A stretch of DNA of 51,967 nucleotides from Candidatus Eiseniibacteriota bacterium (GCA_044229145.1 JBGATO010000023.1:1-51967), one strand, 5' to 3'; positions 39,132 to 51,766 are shown, counted from the stretch's first letter. Notes: generated by a model not told the origin, from the letters alone. Made by a program: numbers and translations.

Positions 39132-40280
39132 TCAGGCGTTCGCGCCGAGCAGGCGGCGGGCGATGGTGAGCTTCTGGATCTCGCTCGTGCCCTGGAGCAG
39201 CTCGGTGGCCTTGGCGTCGCGGTAGTGGCGCTCGACGCTGGTGCCGGTCAGATAGCCGGCGGTGCCGAACACTTCCATGCTGCGGCCGGCGGTCCGCACG
39301 CAGGCCTCCGACGCGGCGAGCTTGGCGACCGCGGCAGCCTCGGTGGCGTCGCCCGCCGACTCGTCGGCGAGGTCGAGCAGCGAGGCCGCGTGCATCGTCA
39401 GCGTGCGGCCGGCCTCGAGTTCGGTGGCGCTGTCGGCGATCAGCCACTGGATCGCCTGGTAGCGGCCGATCACCTGGCCCGACTGGCTCTTGGTGCGGGC
39501 GCGGTCGATCGCCGCGTCGCGCGCCGCGATGCCGATGCCGAGCGCCAAGCCCGCGACCGCGACGCGTCCGAGGTTCGCGGTGGCCGCGACCATCGCCGAG
39601 CCCCCGCCCTCGGCGCCGAGCCGGCGGCTGGCCGGCACGCGCACCTTGTCGAACACGACGGTCGACAAACCGGTAGCGCGCAGGCCCATCGTGGCACTGC
39701 GCTCGTGAACGTGCACGCCCTGGCCCTGCTCGATGAGGAAGGCGGTGAGACCCTCTTCCCCGGCGATGCGGCCGACCACCACGGCGATCCCGGCTTCCAC
39801 GCCGAACGCCACCAGCGTCTTGGTGCCCGAGAGGATGTAGCCGTCGCCATCGCGCTCCGCGGTGGTGTGGATTGCGTCGACGGCGCCGCCGTCTTCTGGC
39901 TCCGTGAACGCCCACGCGCCGAGCAGTTCGCCGCTGGCGATGCGCGGCAAGTACGCCGCCTTCTGCTCGTCGCTGCCGCTGTGCAGGATGCTCGCCGCGA
40001 CGACGGCGTTCTGCAGCGCCACGAGCGCGCCGGTGGACGCGCAGCCGTGCGCGAGTTCCGCCAACACCGCGGTGAAGCCGACGACGCTCGCGCCGCGTCC
40101 GCCGAACTGCTCCGGCACCAGCAATCCCAAGTAGCCTTCACGACCGAGCGCGGCGATCAGCGCCGGGTCGAGACTCGCGTGCGTGTCGGCGTTCTGCGCC
40201 CGCGGCGCCACGAACGACGACGCGAACTCCTTGGCCTGCGCTTGCAGCGCGCGCTCGGCCTCGGTCAGGTCGAAGTTCAT
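39132..40280 (-). CDS. acyl-CoA dehydrogenase homolog lacking the catalytic Glu
   Basis: ACAD fold motifs present, but [17 protein letters not shown] and TKSQSG replace the conserved motifs. Confidence 0.88.
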   Translation of the reverse strand: MNFDLTEAERALQAQAKEFASSFVAPRAQNADTHASLDPALIAALGREGYLGLLVPEQFGGRGASVVGFTAVLAELAHGCASTGALVALQNAVVAASILHSGSDEQKAAYLPRIASGELLGAWAFTEPEDGGAVDAIHTTAERDGDGYILSGTKTLVAFGVEAGIAVVVGRIAGEEGLTAFLIEQGQGVHVHERSATMGLRATGLSTVVFDKVRVPASRRLGAEGGGSAMVAATANLGRVAVAGLALGIGIAARDAAIDRARTKSQSGQVIGRYQAIQWLIADSATELEAGRTLTMHAASLLDLADESAGDATEAAAVAKLAASEACVRTAGRSMEVFGTAGYLTGTSVERHYRDAKATELLQGTSEIQKLTIARRLLGANA

Positions 40281-41143
40281 TTCGCGCCCTTCGCTTCGTA
40301 AGTGTAGAAACCTTGGCCGGACTTGCGGCCCAAGTGTCCTGCCATGACCTTCTTGCGCAGCAGCGGACACGGCCGGTACTTGTCGTCGCCGAGTCCCGTG
40401 TGCAGGACCTCCATGATGTTCAAGCAGACGTCCAGCCCGATGAGATCGGCCAGCGTCAGCGGGCCCATCGGGTGGTTCATCCCGAGCTTCATCACGGTGT
40501 CGATGGCCTCGGCGGTCGCGACGCCTTCGTAGAGACAGAAGATCGCTTCGTTGATCATCGGCATGAGCACGCGGTTCGAGACGAAGCCGGGGTAGTCGTT
40601 GACTTCCACCGGCGTCTTGCCGAGCGCGGTCGAGAGCGCGAGCACCTTCTGCGTCGTCTCGTCGCTGGTCGCCATGCCGCGGATGACTTCGACCAGCTTC
40701 ATCATCGGGACGGGGTTCATGAAGTGCATGCCGATCACCTTGTCGGCGCGCTTGGTGACCGCGGCGAGTTGCGTGATCGGAATCGACGACGTGTTCGAGG
40801 CGAGGATGCAGTCCGCCGGCGCCGCCGCGTCGAGGGCGCGGAAGATCGCTTCCTTCGTCGCGGCGTCTTCGAAGACGGCCTCGACGCAGAGCGACGCATC
40901 CTTCGCCGCGTCGTACGACGTGCTGCTGGCGATGCGCGCGAGGGCGGCATCGCGGTCCGCCTGCTGCAGCGTGCCCTTGGTTACCTGGCGATCCATGTTC
41001 GCCGTGATGGTGGCGAGCGCGCGGTCGATGCGCGCCTGGTCCATCTCGATCAGCGTGACGCTGTAGCCGCTCTGCGCGAACGTGTGCACGATGCCGTTGC
41101 CCATCGTGCCGCCGCCGATGACGACGATCTTCTCGTTGGCCAT
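40277..41143 (-). CDS. hbd: 3-hydroxybutyryl-CoA dehydrogenase
   Basis: [38 protein letters not shown]. Confidence 0.95.
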   Translation of the reverse strand: MANEKIVVIGGGTMGNGIVHTFAQSGYSVTLIEMDQARIDRALATITANMDRQVTKGTLQQADRDAALARIASSTSYDAAKDASLCVEAVFEDAATKEAIFRALDAAAPADCILASNTSSIPITQLAAVTKRADKVIGMHFMNPVPMMKLVEVIRGMATSDETTQKVLALSTALGKTPVEVNDYPGFVSNRVLMPMINEAIFCLYEGVATAEAIDTVMKLGMNHPMGPLTLADLIGLDVCLNIMEVLHTGLGDDKYRPCPLLRKKVMAGHLGRKSGQGFYTYEAKGAK

Positions 41144-41146
41144 GAT

Positions 41147-42340
41147 CTACGCTCCCATCATCTCGACGCTGAGCGCCACCGCCTCGCCGCCGCCCAAGCA
41201 GAGCGTCGCGAGACCGTGCGACTTGCCGCGCGCCTTGAGCGCGTGCAGCAACGTCACCACGACGCGCGCGCCGCTAGCGCCGATCGGGTGGCCGAGCGCC
41301 ACCGCGCCGCCGTTGACGTTGACGCGGTCCCAGTCCCAGCCGAGTTCGTTGCCGTCGACCAGCGCCTGCACCGCGAACGCCTCGTTCGCCTCGATCAGGT
41401 CGAAGTGATTGATGTCGACCTTGAGCTTGGCCATGAGGTTCTTCACCGCGAGCACCGGCGCGTAGAAGACCATCTCCGGCTCCATCGCGCCCTGCGCGTA
41501 GCCGGTGATGCGGGCGATCGGCGTCAGGCCGTGCGCCTTCGCGACCTCGGCCGCCATGACCACGAGCGCGGCGCCGCCGTCGTTGAGACCCGGCGCGTTG
41601 CCGGCGGTGACGGTGCCGTCCTTCTCGAACGCCGGACGCAGCTTGCCGAGCGACTCCATCGTGGTGTCACCGCGCGGCGGCTCGTCGGCCTTGATGACCG
41701 TCACGTTGCCCTTGCGGTCCTTGATCTCGATGCCGGCGATTTCCGCGTCGAACGCGCCCGCCTGCTGCGCCGCGACCGCCTTCAGGTGCGAGTTCACCGA
41801 GAACTGGTCCTGCTGCTCGCGCGTGACGTTGAACTTGCGGCCGATGAACTCGGCGGCGCTGCCCATGTGATAGTTGTTGAACGAGCACCACAGGCCGTCG
41901 TGCACCGCGCCGTCGAGCATCTGGCCGTGGCCGAGGCGGTAGCCGCCACGCGCGCCGGGGATGATGTACGGCGTGTTGGTCATCGACTCCATGCCACCGG
42001 CGACGAGGACGTCGGCATCGCCGAGCGCGATCGCCTGCGCGGCGAACATGAGCGCCTTCAGGCCCGAGCCGCACACCTTGTTGACGGCGGTGGCGCCGAC
42101 GCTCGGCGGCAGCCCGCCGGCGATCGCCGCCTGGCGCGCCGGCGCCTGGCCCAAGCCGGCCTGGACGACGTTGCCCATGTAGACCTCGTTCACGGCGGCG
42201 CCGTCGATGCCGGCGCGCTTCACCGCCTCGCGGATCGCGAAGCCGCCGAGTTGCGGCGCGCTGAAGCCCGCCAAGCCGCCCTGGAACTTGCCGATGGGCG
42301 TGCGGGCGGCGCTCACGATGACTGCCTCACGGAATGCCAT
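41147..42340 (-). CDS. acetyl-CoA C-acetyltransferase (thiolase)
   Basis: VNKVCGSG, NEAFA, GHPIGASG, LCLGGG. Confidence 0.95.
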   Translation of the reverse strand: MAFREAVIVSAARTPIGKFQGGLAGFSAPQLGGFAIREAVKRAGIDGAAVNEVYMGNVVQAGLGQAPARQAAIAGGLPPSVGATAVNKVCGSGLKALMFAAQAIALGDADVLVAGGMESMTNTPYIIPGARGGYRLGHGQMLDGAVHDGLWCSFNNYHMGSAAEFIGRKFNVTREQQDQFSVNSHLKAVAAQQAGAFDAEIAGIEIKDRKGNVTVIKADEPPRGDTTMESLGKLRPAFEKDGTVTAGNAPGLNDGGAALVVMAAEVAKAHGLTPIARITGYAQGAMEPEMVFYAPVLAVKNLMAKLKVDINHFDLIEANEAFAVQALVDGNELGWDWDRVNVNGGAVALGHPIGASGARVVVTLLHALKARGKSHGLATLCLGGGEAVALSVEMMGA

Positions 42341-42503
42341 GGGAACTCCTTTCGTCGTCTGCCCTCAGGAAGGGCGCGCGGATGGGCGCGGCGGAACGCC
42401 GGAGCCGGCCGGAATGATCGGCGGAGGATACCAGCGGGGCTTGGGGACCGTCGAGGCGACGCGGCCGACTTGGACCGCCGCCGGAGGGGGCATCTTCGCC
42501 CGG

Positions 42504-43250
42504 TTACGGCGCCAGTCGGGCGATCGTCTGTGGCGTGAGTGCGGGGCCGGGGAACGCGACGCCCGAGACGTGAACGGCGGGCGGCGACGTGATCCGGACG
42601 TCCCAGCGGACGGCGCCCGGCCGGCCGCGGTAGGCGGTCCACAGCCGCACGACGGAGCCGTGCTCGACATAGCCCGCGAGGCGCGGCGGCTCCGCCTGCG
42701 GATACGCCGCCTGCGCGGCCGCCTGCGCACGGGCGCCGGCGTCCGGCGCGGTCGGCGCCTCACCGATCACGATCGGATCGGCGGCGGCGGCCGGCAGGAT
42801 GACGGCGAGCCGCGCCAGGGCCAGCGCCGCCTCCGGACGATCGAGCGACGGATACTCGTCGTGGACGAGCCGGTTGAAGTAGTCCCAATCGATGGACGGT
42901 ACCGCCAGTTCACGCGCCACGGAGTCCGGCGGCGCCTCGAGCATCACCGGCAACGCCCGGACATCCAGCGCAACGAGATAGCTCGGACGCGGCGCCGCGC
43001 CGCGGGCACGCAGCAGGTAGAACTCGGTGCCGAGCAAGGGCGGCGCGCTCCAGCGCCGCACCACGTCCAGCGACGGCTTGGGCGGCCGCGGCAACGCCAG
43101 GCGTCGCGCCGCCTCCCCTTGCCGCGCCGCGACCGCGCCCTCGACGCGGCGCATCCGCGCTTCGACGCCGAAAACGCCGCGACCGCAGCCTCCCGAGGAG
43201 ACCGCGGTCACGAGCGACAGCGTGATGAGGGCGAGTGCCGGGCGGCGCAT
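42504..43250 (-). CDS. hypothetical exported protein, possible lipoprotein
   Basis: MRRPALALITLSLVTAVSSGGC N-terminus; fills the gap between ACAD and thiolase on the same strand. Confidence 0.55.
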   Translation of the reverse strand: MRRPALALITLSLVTAVSSGGCGRGVFGVEARMRRVEGAVAARQGEAARRLALPRPPKPSLDVVRRWSAPPLLGTEFYLLRARGAAPRPSYLVALDVRALPVMLEAPPDSVARELAVPSIDWDYFNRLVHDEYPSLDRPEAALALARLAVILPAAAADPIVIGEAPTAPDAGARAQAAAQAAYPQAEPPRLAGYVEHGSVVRLWTAYRGRPGAVRWDVRITSPPAVHVSGVAFPGPALTPQTIARLAP

Positions 43251-43282
43251 CCTGCGCTCGTCGACGTCGGGCCGGCCGCGCG

Positions 43283-44458
43283 CTACGCGAACTCGCGCAG
43301 CACGGTGCGGCCGATGACCATGCGCTGGATCTCGCTGGTGCCTTCGCCGATTTCCATCAGCTTGGCATCGCGGAAGTAGCGCTCCACCGGGCAGTCCTTC
43401 AAGTAGCCGAAGCCGCCGTGCACCTGGATCGCCTTCGTGGTGGTCTTCATGCTGACCTCGCTGGCGAACAGCTTCGCCATCGAGGCTTCCTTGGCGAACG
43501 GCAGGTGGGCGTCCTTGAGGCGCGCGGCGTGGTAGACGAGGTGGCGCGCCGCTTCGATCTCGGTGGCCATGTCGGCGAGCGTGAACTGCACCGCCTGGAA
43601 GTCGGCGATCGGCTTGCCGAACTGGTGGCGCGTCTTGGCGTACTTGACGCTCGCCTCGTAGGCGCCCTGCGCGATGCCGAGCGCCAGCGCGGCGATGGAG
43701 ATGCGGCCGCCGTCGAGCGTCTTCATGAACGTCTTGAAGCCATCGCCCGGCTTGCCCAGCATCTGCGACTTGTGCACGCGGGCGCCGTCGAAGAACACCT
43801 GGCGCGTGTCGGAGGCGCAGTGTCCGAGCTTGCGCTCCTTGGCGCCGATCGTCATGCCGGCCTGGTCCTTCTCGAGGATGAAGGCGGTGAGGCCGTTCGG
43901 GCCCTTCTCCGGGTGCGTCGACGCGGTCACCACGAACACGTCCGCGTAGCCGGCGTTGGTGATGTACATCTTCTGGCCGGTGAGGACGTAGTGGTCGCCG
44001 TCTTCCACCGCGCGGGTCTGCTGGCCGCCGGCGTCGCTGCCGGCGCCGGGCTCGGTCTGGCAGAAGCAGCCGATCCACTCGCCGGTGGCCATCTTCGGGA
44101 TGTAGCGCTTCTTCTGCTCGTCGGTGCCCATCATGTAGATCGGCGTCATGGCGAGCGAGACGTGCGCGGCCATCGTGATGCCGTGGCTGGCGCACACGCG
44201 GCTGATCTCCTCGACGCCGAGGATGTAGCTGAGCGTGTCCAACCCCATCCCGCCGAGTTCGGTCTCGAACTGCATGCCGTAGCAGCCGAGATCGCCCATC
44301 GCCTTCACGTTGTCGAGCGGGAAGGTCATGGTCTCGTCGTGGTGCGCGGCGACCGGCGCGATCTCGGTCTCCGCGAACTTGCGGATCTGGTCGCGCAGCT
44401 GGTGGTGTTCCTCGGTGAGGCCCCAGGTGTCACGGGCGGCATCGAGCTGGGTGGACAT
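43283..44458 (-). CDS. short/branched-chain acyl-CoA dehydrogenase
   Basis: TEPGAGSD, TLDGGRIS, TRHQFGKPI, IGEGTSEIQR. Confidence 0.95.
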   Translation of the reverse strand: MSTQLDAARDTWGLTEEHHQLRDQIRKFAETEIAPVAAHHDETMTFPLDNVKAMGDLGCYGMQFETELGGMGLDTLSYILGVEEISRVCASHGITMAAHVSLAMTPIYMMGTDEQKKRYIPKMATGEWIGCFCQTEPGAGSDAGGQQTRAVEDGDHYVLTGQKMYITNAGYADVFVVTASTHPEKGPNGLTAFILEKDQAGMTIGAKERKLGHCASDTRQVFFDGARVHKSQMLGKPGDGFKTFMKTLDGGRISIAALALGIAQGAYEASVKYAKTRHQFGKPIADFQAVQFTLADMATEIEAARHLVYHAARLKDAHLPFAKEASMAKLFASEVSMKTTTKAIQVHGGFGYLKDCPVERYFRDAKLMEIGEGTSEIQRMVIGRTVLREFA

Positions 44459-44621
44459 GCGGATCCTCGATTCGGGCAAAGGCCGACGAACGGCAGGTGG
44501 GTGCGCCGCCAGAGGGGGCGCCGAGATTGGTCCCAGAATACACCAGAGGGCAAGGGGGGCGCAGGACCATCTGCAGGTCCCGCGCCCCCGTCGACCCAGG
44601 CGAGTTGTCGGCAGCCCGGCG

Positions 44622-45281
44622 TTACAGCTGCATCTCCACCACATCCCCGAGCATCAGCGGCGCCGCCGTCGAGGCGACGATTTCCTCCACGCTCACGCCG
44701 GGCGCGTGCTCGATCAGCTTGAGCCCCTTCGGCGTCACGTCCATCACGCCGAGTTCCGTGATGATGCGGTTCACGCAGCGCACGCCGGTGAGCGGCAGCG
44801 TGCACTGCGGCAGCACCTTCGAGGAGCCGTCCTTCGCGACGTGCTGCATGGTGACGACGACGCGCTTGGCGCCGGCGACGAGGTCCATCGCGCCGCCCAT
44901 GCCCTTCACCATCTTGCCGGGGATCATCCAGTTGGCGATGTTGCCGTCGGCGTCGACCTCCATCGCGCCGAGGATCGCCAGGTCGATGTGGCCGCCGCGA
45001 ATCATGGCGAAGGAGTCCGCACTCGAGAAGAACGACGAGCCGGCCATCGTGGTGACCGTCTGCTTGCCGGCGTTGATCAAGTCGGCGTCTTCGTCGCCCT
45101 CGTACGGAAACGGGCCGATGCCGAGCAGGCCGTTCTCCGACTGCAACACGACGTCCATCCCCTCGGGGATGTAGTTGCTCACCAGCGTCGGGATGCCGAT
45201 TCCGAGGTTGACGAAGTACCCGTCCCGGAGCTCACGCGCCGCGCGGCGGACGAGTAGTTCTTTGCTCGATACGCTTTTCAT
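44622..45281 (-). CDS. scoB: 3-oxoacid CoA-transferase subunit B
   Basis: [15 protein letters not shown] (catalytic Glu), [21 protein letters not shown] 45281 after GGGGAG. Confidence 0.92.
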   Translation of the reverse strand: MKSVSSKELLVRRAARELRDGYFVNLGIGIPTLVSNYIPEGMDVVLQSENGLLGIGPFPYEGDEDADLINAGKQTVTTMAGSSFFSSADSFAMIRGGHIDLAILGAMEVDADGNIANWMIPGKMVKGMGGAMDLVAGAKRVVVTMQHVAKDGSSKVLPQCTLPLTGVRCVNRIITELGVMDVTPKGLKLIEHAPGVSVEEIVASTAAPLMLGDVVEMQL

Positions 45282-45942
45282 AGCGGTCTCCCCGGAACAG
45301 GTAGTCGACATAGACGGCGGGCGTGACGATGGCTTCGGGGTCGAGATCGCCGACGTCGACGATCTCCTCGACTTCCACGAGGGTCTTGTCGGCGGCGGTG
45401 GCCATCATCGGGTTGAAGTTGCGCGCGGTCATGCGGTAGATCAAGTTGCCCCAGCGGTCGCCGCGCCACGCTTTGACGAACGCGAGGTCGGCGTGCAGCG
45501 CGCGTTCGAGCACGAAGGTGCGGCCGTCGAACTCGCGCGTCTCCTTGCCCTCGGCGATGACGGTGCCGACGCCGGTTGGCGTGTAGAACGCGGGAATGCC
45601 GGCGCCGCCGGCGCGCAGGCGCTCGGCGAAGGTGCCCTGCGGCACGAACTCGACTTCCAGCGTGCCGTCGAGGAACTGGCGCTCGAACGTCGCGTTCTCG
45701 CCGACGTAGGTCGACACCATCTTGCGCACCTGCCGCGTCTTGAGCAGCACGCCGATGCCGAAGTCGTCGACGCCGGCGTTGTTCGACATCACGGTGAGGT
45801 CTTTGACGCCGCTGTCCTTCACGGCGGCGATCAGGTGCTCGGGAATGCCGCAGAGGCCGAAACCGCCCATCATGATGGACATGCCATCACGCAAACCGGC
45901 GCGGTCGAGGGCCTCGCGCGCATCGCGCACGACTTTGTCCAC
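45232..45942 (-). CDS. scoA: 3-oxoacid CoA-transferase subunit A
   Basis: [49 protein letters not shown]. Confidence 0.93.
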   Translation of the reverse strand: MDKVVRDAREALDRAGLRDGMSIMMGGFGLCGIPEHLIAAVKDSGVKDLTVMSNNAGVDDFGIGVLLKTRQVRKMVSTYVGENATFERQFLDGTLEVEFVPQGTFAERLRAGGAGIPAFYTPTGVGTVIAEGKETREFDGRTFVLERALHADLAFVKAWRGDRWGNLIYRMTARNFNPMMATAADKTLVEVEEIVDVGDLDPEAIVTPAVYVDYLFRGDRYEKRIEQRTTRPPRGA

Positions 45943-46000
45943 GGTCGAAACTCCTGCGGAGACGCGCGGCGCCGCCGCGCGGGTGGAAGCGAACTGCGCG

Positions 46001-46762
46001 CTAGAGCTTGTACTGCATGCGCACGCCGAGCGACACCGTCATGTACGTCATCTTGCCGGGCGGCGTGTCGAGCCCGTCGATGCGGTGATCGCGGGCCTGA
46101 TAGTAGTTGTTGGTCGGCCCATAGGGCGACGTGTAGAACACGCCGAGCCGCGCCGATTCGCCGCTCGCATTGCGCGTCCAGTACAGCGCGTCGACGAAGC
46201 CGCGCGCCAGCAGGCCGTTCAGATGCGGAATCGCGTAGCCGCGCGTTTCGAGGCCGGCGCCCACCGCCATCGCGCGCCGTCCGACGACACTCGAGATCGT
46301 GGTGCCGAGCGTGTCGCCGGTCACGCGATCGCGCAACTTCGCATTGCCGAACGCCACCGACATGTACGGATTGAGCGTGCGCGGCTGCTTGTTGAACGAG
46401 AGCCGCGCGGTGAACAGGACGGCGCGCGTGGTGATCGACTCGGTCATGTACGCGACGTTGCGCGGGCCGATCAGGAAGCGGCCGCCGTTGGCGGGATCGG
46501 CGTGGTAGAGCGTGTCGGTGTGCGCGGTTTCGAACTGCACGCCGAGGGCGACGCGGTTGGCGCGCAGCGAATAGCTGAAGCCGTGGAAGTTCGGCGACGC
46601 GTCGATCCATCCGCGGGCGCCGTCATGCTTCGCGCTCCCCAGCCCAATGCTGCCGCCGGCTTCGACCGCGAGATCGAGCTTCGGCGGCGGTGTGGCGGTC
46701 TGCGCGTGTGCCGCGGATGCGCACAGGACACACATCAGCAGCGCCGCGGCGGCGCGGCGCAT
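46001..46762 (-). CDS. putative small outer-membrane beta-barrel protein
   Basis: Signal peptide ...AAHA|Q; alternating beta-strand pattern, NPY, GAGLE, terminal [10 protein letters not shown]; alternative start GTG 46774. Confidence 0.6.
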   Translation of the reverse strand: MRRAAAALLMCVLCASAAHAQTATPPPKLDLAVEAGGSIGLGSAKHDGARGWIDASPNFHGFSYSLRANRVALGVQFETAHTDTLYHADPANGGRFLIGPRNVAYMTESITTRAVLFTARLSFNKQPRTLNPYMSVAFGNAKLRDRVTGDTLGTTISSVVGRRAMAVGAGLETRGYAIPHLNGLLARGFVDALYWTRNASGESARLGVFYTSPYGPTNNYYQARDHRIDGLDTPPGKMTYMTVSLGVRMQYKL

Positions 46763-46770
46763 CGCGCGGG

Positions 46771-47199
46771 TCACTTCGCCGCCATCCGCGATTCGTACCA
46801 GTCGCTGATGTAGCGCGCGATCTCGCGCGTGTCGGTGCCGGGACCAAAGATCTCGGCGAAGCCACGCTTCTTGAGTTCGTCGCCGTCGCTGCCCGGGATG
46901 ATGCCGCCGCCGAGCAACAACACGTCGCCGAGACCGCGCTTCTGCACTTCGTCGGCGACGCGCGGCAGGAGCGTCATGTGCGCGCCCGACAGCATCGACA
47001 CCGCGATGACGTCGGCGTCTTCCTGCAGCGCCGCCTCGGCGATCATCTCCGGCGTTTGGAACAGGCCGGTGTAGATCACCTCCATGCCGCTGTCGCGCAG
47101 CGCGCTGGCGATGACCTTGGCGCCGCGGTCGTGTCCGTCCAGCCCGCACTTGGCGACGATGACGCGGATCTTGTGCGCGCCGCTTGCACTCTCTGCCAT
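46771..47199 (-). CDS. icmB: cobalamin-binding small subunit of acyl-CoA mutase
   Basis: GLDGHDRG (DxHxxG), SMLSGAH, GGGIIP, FGPGT; adjacent to the IcmA-type large subunit. Confidence 0.88.
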   Translation of the reverse strand: MAESASGAHKIRVIVAKCGLDGHDRGAKVIASALRDSGMEVIYTGLFQTPEMIAEAALQEDADVIAVSMLSGAHMTLLPRVADEVQKRGLGDVLLLGGGIIPGSDGDELKKRGFAEIFGPGTDTREIARYISDWYESRMAAK

Positions 47200-47229
47200 G
47201 GTGGTTCCTCGTTTCGCGGAGCGGGTGTC

Positions 47230-48948
<1,719 letters not shown>

Positions 48949-49003
48949 GTGTCCTCCCGGTCCTACTCGTGGCGGCGCCCCGCGGGGCGCGGACTCTCGG
49001 CGG

Positions 49004-49033
49004 AGGATAGCATCGCCCGCGCGGGAGGGTCAA
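49004..49033 (-). promoter_or_regulatory. sigma70-type promoter of the icmAB-scoAB unit
   Basis: TTGACC-N18-TATCCT with extended TG. Confidence 0.6.
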
Positions 49034-49082
49034 ACGCACGAGGCGGCGGAAGTTAGGGCGAAGGCGGGTCCAAGGCGCCGGC

Positions 49083-50765
49083 TTAGTAGGTGTAAGGGTT
49101 GTGATTCTCCCCATGGCAACGCAGGAAGCAGGCACCGTGGTTGGCGCCGCGGCTCTCGAAACGCAGGACGCCGCTCGAGCTGGGGGTGACCACCTGGGTG
49201 TTGAAGTTGATCAACTTCGAGTTGTAGGTCGCATTCCCCTGCGTCGCGCTGACCCCGTGGGGGTCGTGGCAGATGTTGCACGGAGTGCGTTCGCTCGAAA
49301 TGTGCTTGCTGTGCTCGTCGAATGCGGACGACGACGAGAGCAGGATGGTGCGGCTGTGGCAGGTGTAGCAGAGCGCGTAGGCCGACGAGCTTTCGGTCGT
49401 GCCGTCGGCGGTCAAGTACTGCTTCACCAGGACGGGTGCATAGGTGGAACCGTGTGAGCCGTTCGGGCCCGTCCCATTCACCGGCGGTGAGTCGTTCGCG
49501 TTGTGGCAATCGATGCACTTCATCACCGAGGTCACCGTCCACGGCGCGATCAAGCTCGGGACGTTGTTGTTCACGCCCGGTCCGTGGATCGGGTGATAGG
49601 ACGGATTGCCGAGGGCGAACTCGAGCCGCGAGTTGGTCTGGACGATTTGCCGTGTAGTGCGCGAGGCCGGCTTGTTCGGGCTGTCGGCGTGGCAGCGGTA
49701 GCAGATCTCGTACTCGAAGGACGCCGCCGCCACCTCGGTGCCCGCCGCGTTGATGCCGCGCACGCCGCGCAGCGAGCCGGGCAGCGAGCCGGTGGCGGTC
49801 GCCTGCGACTGGTGCGGGTTGTGGCAGTCGACACATTCGACGTGCCGCGTCTGGGAGATCGCGGCTTCGGTTGGGTCGTGCGTGCCCGCGAACGCCGTCA
49901 CCGGGTGCTTCGAGGTGCGCGTGAACACCGTCTGCACGTTCTTCACCGCCACGTTGCCGTTGTGGCAGGGATAGCAGTTGTTCTCCTCGAGGCTCTCGTT
50001 GAGGGTGCGGGCGTGGCCGCCGGCGGTGTGCGGCCGGTGGCAGCTCTCGCAGGCGTTGTCGGCGACGGTCGTCCAGGTGGTGTGCGGGAACGGATCGGTG
50101 GAGAGTCCGTTCCAGGTCTTCGTCGAGGTCTTGTGGCTGGCGGTCGTCCAGTTCGCCTCGGTGTGGCAGGCAAGACAGAGCGCCGAGGCCTGGGTCGTCT
50201 TGGTGAGGTAGTCGCCGAGGGTGTTCGAGTGCGGATCGTGGCAGGCGGTGCACTGCATCTGCCCGTTGGAGTCGAGTTTGACGGCGCCGGTCAGGGTCGA
50301 CGGGCTCAGGAGATCGCCGCGGCGGTTCGCCAGGTCTTGCGTGTAGGCGAAGGAGACGGGGTGATCGTCGCTGAGGTCGGTGCCGAGGTTCGACGTGCCG
50401 GCGGGCATCTTGGTGATGCCACCCGACATGCTGATCGGCGTGGTCTCGCTCAGGACGTCACCGAGGGCGATCGTGCCGTCGTGACACGACAGGCACAGCA
50501 TGCTGGCGCCGGTCGGTTGACCTGGCCCGCCGAGATTGGTGCTGCTCGCATACAGCGTGTAGGTGGCGGCGCTGCCGCGGTGGTTCCACAACGGCGCGGC
50601 CGGCGAGGCGTTGTGCGGCGTGTGGCAGAACACGCAGATCTCGGTCTCGGTGGTGGCGCGGATCGTCCCCGCGCCGCTGACCGACAGGTTGTGCGACGTA
50701 CTGGCGACTCCGCCCATCGACACCACTGCAAGCAGGCCGAGACCCGCGAGTGCGATCGCCCTCAT
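49083..50765 (-). CDS. multiheme c-type cytochrome (11 CXXCH plus 1 CX3CH; doubled-CXXCH family)
   Basis: CVFCH, CLSCH, CTACH, CLACH, CESCH, CYPCH, CVDCH, CYRCH, CIDCH, CYTCH, CNICH, CFLRCH; signal peptide; HNLS and DLSDDHPVSF motifs. Confidence 0.93.
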   Translation of the reverse strand: MRAIALAGLGLLAVVSMGGVASTSHNLSVSGAGTIRATTETEICVFCHTPHNASPAAPLWNHRGSAATYTLYASSTNLGGPGQPTGASMLCLSCHDGTIALGDVLSETTPISMSGGITKMPAGTSNLGTDLSDDHPVSFAYTQDLANRRGDLLSPSTLTGAVKLDSNGQMQCTACHDPHSNTLGDYLTKTTQASALCLACHTEANWTTASHKTSTKTWNGLSTDPFPHTTWTTVADNACESCHRPHTAGGHARTLNESLEENNCYPCHNGNVAVKNVQTVFTRTSKHPVTAFAGTHDPTEAAISQTRHVECVDCHNPHQSQATATGSLPGSLRGVRGINAAGTEVAAASFEYEICYRCHADSPNKPASRTTRQIVQTNSRLEFALGNPSYHPIHGPGVNNNVPSLIAPWTVTSVMKCIDCHNANDSPPVNGTGPNGSHGSTYAPVLVKQYLTADGTTESSSAYALCYTCHSRTILLSSSSAFDEHSKHISSERTPCNICHDPHGVSATQGNATYNSKLINFNTQVVTPSSSGVLRFESRGANHGACFLRCHGENHNPYTY

Positions 50766-51766
50766 CGCGCGCCTCCGAGCAACTGGAACACCTGCACGCG
50801 GCGATTGTAGGGATCCGCGACGTAGAGATGCTGGTCGGCGGTCACGCACAACCCGGCGGGCATCCAGAACTCGCCCGGCTGCGAACCCAGCCGGCCAAAC
50901 GCCAACAGATAGTGCCCGTCGCGGTCGAAGATCTGCACCGAGTGGAAGAGCGCGTCCGACACGTACACATTGCCTGTCGCATCGAAGGCGACGCCCTTGG
51001 GGCGCGACAGGTCGCCGCTGCCATCGCCCAACCGTCCGAATTGACCGTAGGCGTGGCCGTCAGCGTGCAGGAGTTGGATGCGGAAGTTGAGCGCGTCGCA
51101 GACGGCGAGGTCGCCACGCGTGTCGGCGGCAAGCGCGGTTGGGAAGTTGAAGCGGCCGGGAGCATTGCCGCGGCTGCCCCACGTGGCGCGCAAACTGCCG
51201 TCGGCGGCGAAGCGCAGCACGGCGTGGGCACGCGCATCGACGACCACCACGCCGCGGGAGGCGGGATCGTAGGCGACGGCGGTTGGCTGGAGCAGCGTGC
51301 CGCGCAGCGGCAGTTCGCGCGCCTCGCGCCCCGCCGCATCGACCGCGTAGATGCGAGCCCGGCGGGAGTCCGCGACGTATACGGTGCCGTTCGGCCCCGG
51401 CGCCAGGCCGACCGGAGACGGGAGCGGCGTGCCTCCGGGACCGCGCACCAGTGCGTAGCGGCGACGCACGCGGTCGAAACGATGCACGCCGCGCACACCA
51501 GGATCGGCAACGTAGATGACGCCGTCGCTGGCCACAGCGACCGCCATCGGCTTGACCAAACGCTCCTCGCGGCGACCCGTCATCCAGTCGCGCACGCGCG
51601 ACAGGAAGCGAGGCGCGATGCCCAGATCAGCCGGCGTCGAGAACGCCGACTCGAACGCCACGCGCGCGGGCTCCGGCGGCGCGGGCCACACCACCGCGTC
51701 CGCGTAGGCGCGCGGCGCCGCCACGCACGCCGCCACGCACAGGACGAGGCGCAGGGCGTGCCTCAC
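50762..51766 (-). CDS. exported NHL-repeat 6-bladed beta-propeller protein
   Basis: VWPAPPEPAR start; repeats GRFNFPT, DALNFRIQ, RPKGVAFD, GEFWMPAG, YVADPYNRRVQVF. Confidence 0.88.
   Translation of the reverse strand: MRHALRLVLCVAACVAAPRAYADAVVWPAPPEPARVAFESAFSTPADLGIAPRFLSRVRDWMTGRREERLVKPMAVAVASDGVIYVADPGVRGVHRFDRVRRRYALVRGPGGTPLPSPVGLAPGPNGTVYVADSRRARIYAVDAAGREARELPLRGTLLQPTAVAYDPASRGVVVVDARAHAVLRFAADGSLRATWGSRGNAPGRFNFPTALAADTRGDLAVCDALNFRIQLLHADGHAYGQFGRLGDGSGDLSRPKGVAFDATGNVYVSDALFHSVQIFDRDGHYLLAFGRLGSQPGEFWMPAGLCVTADQHLYVADPYNRRVQVFQLLGGAR

Noticed and set aside
48949..49082. Cobalamin riboswitch upstream of the B12 mutase genes
   Set aside because: No B12-box or GGGAA/CCCGC core seen here or upstream of pccB; the leaders are short
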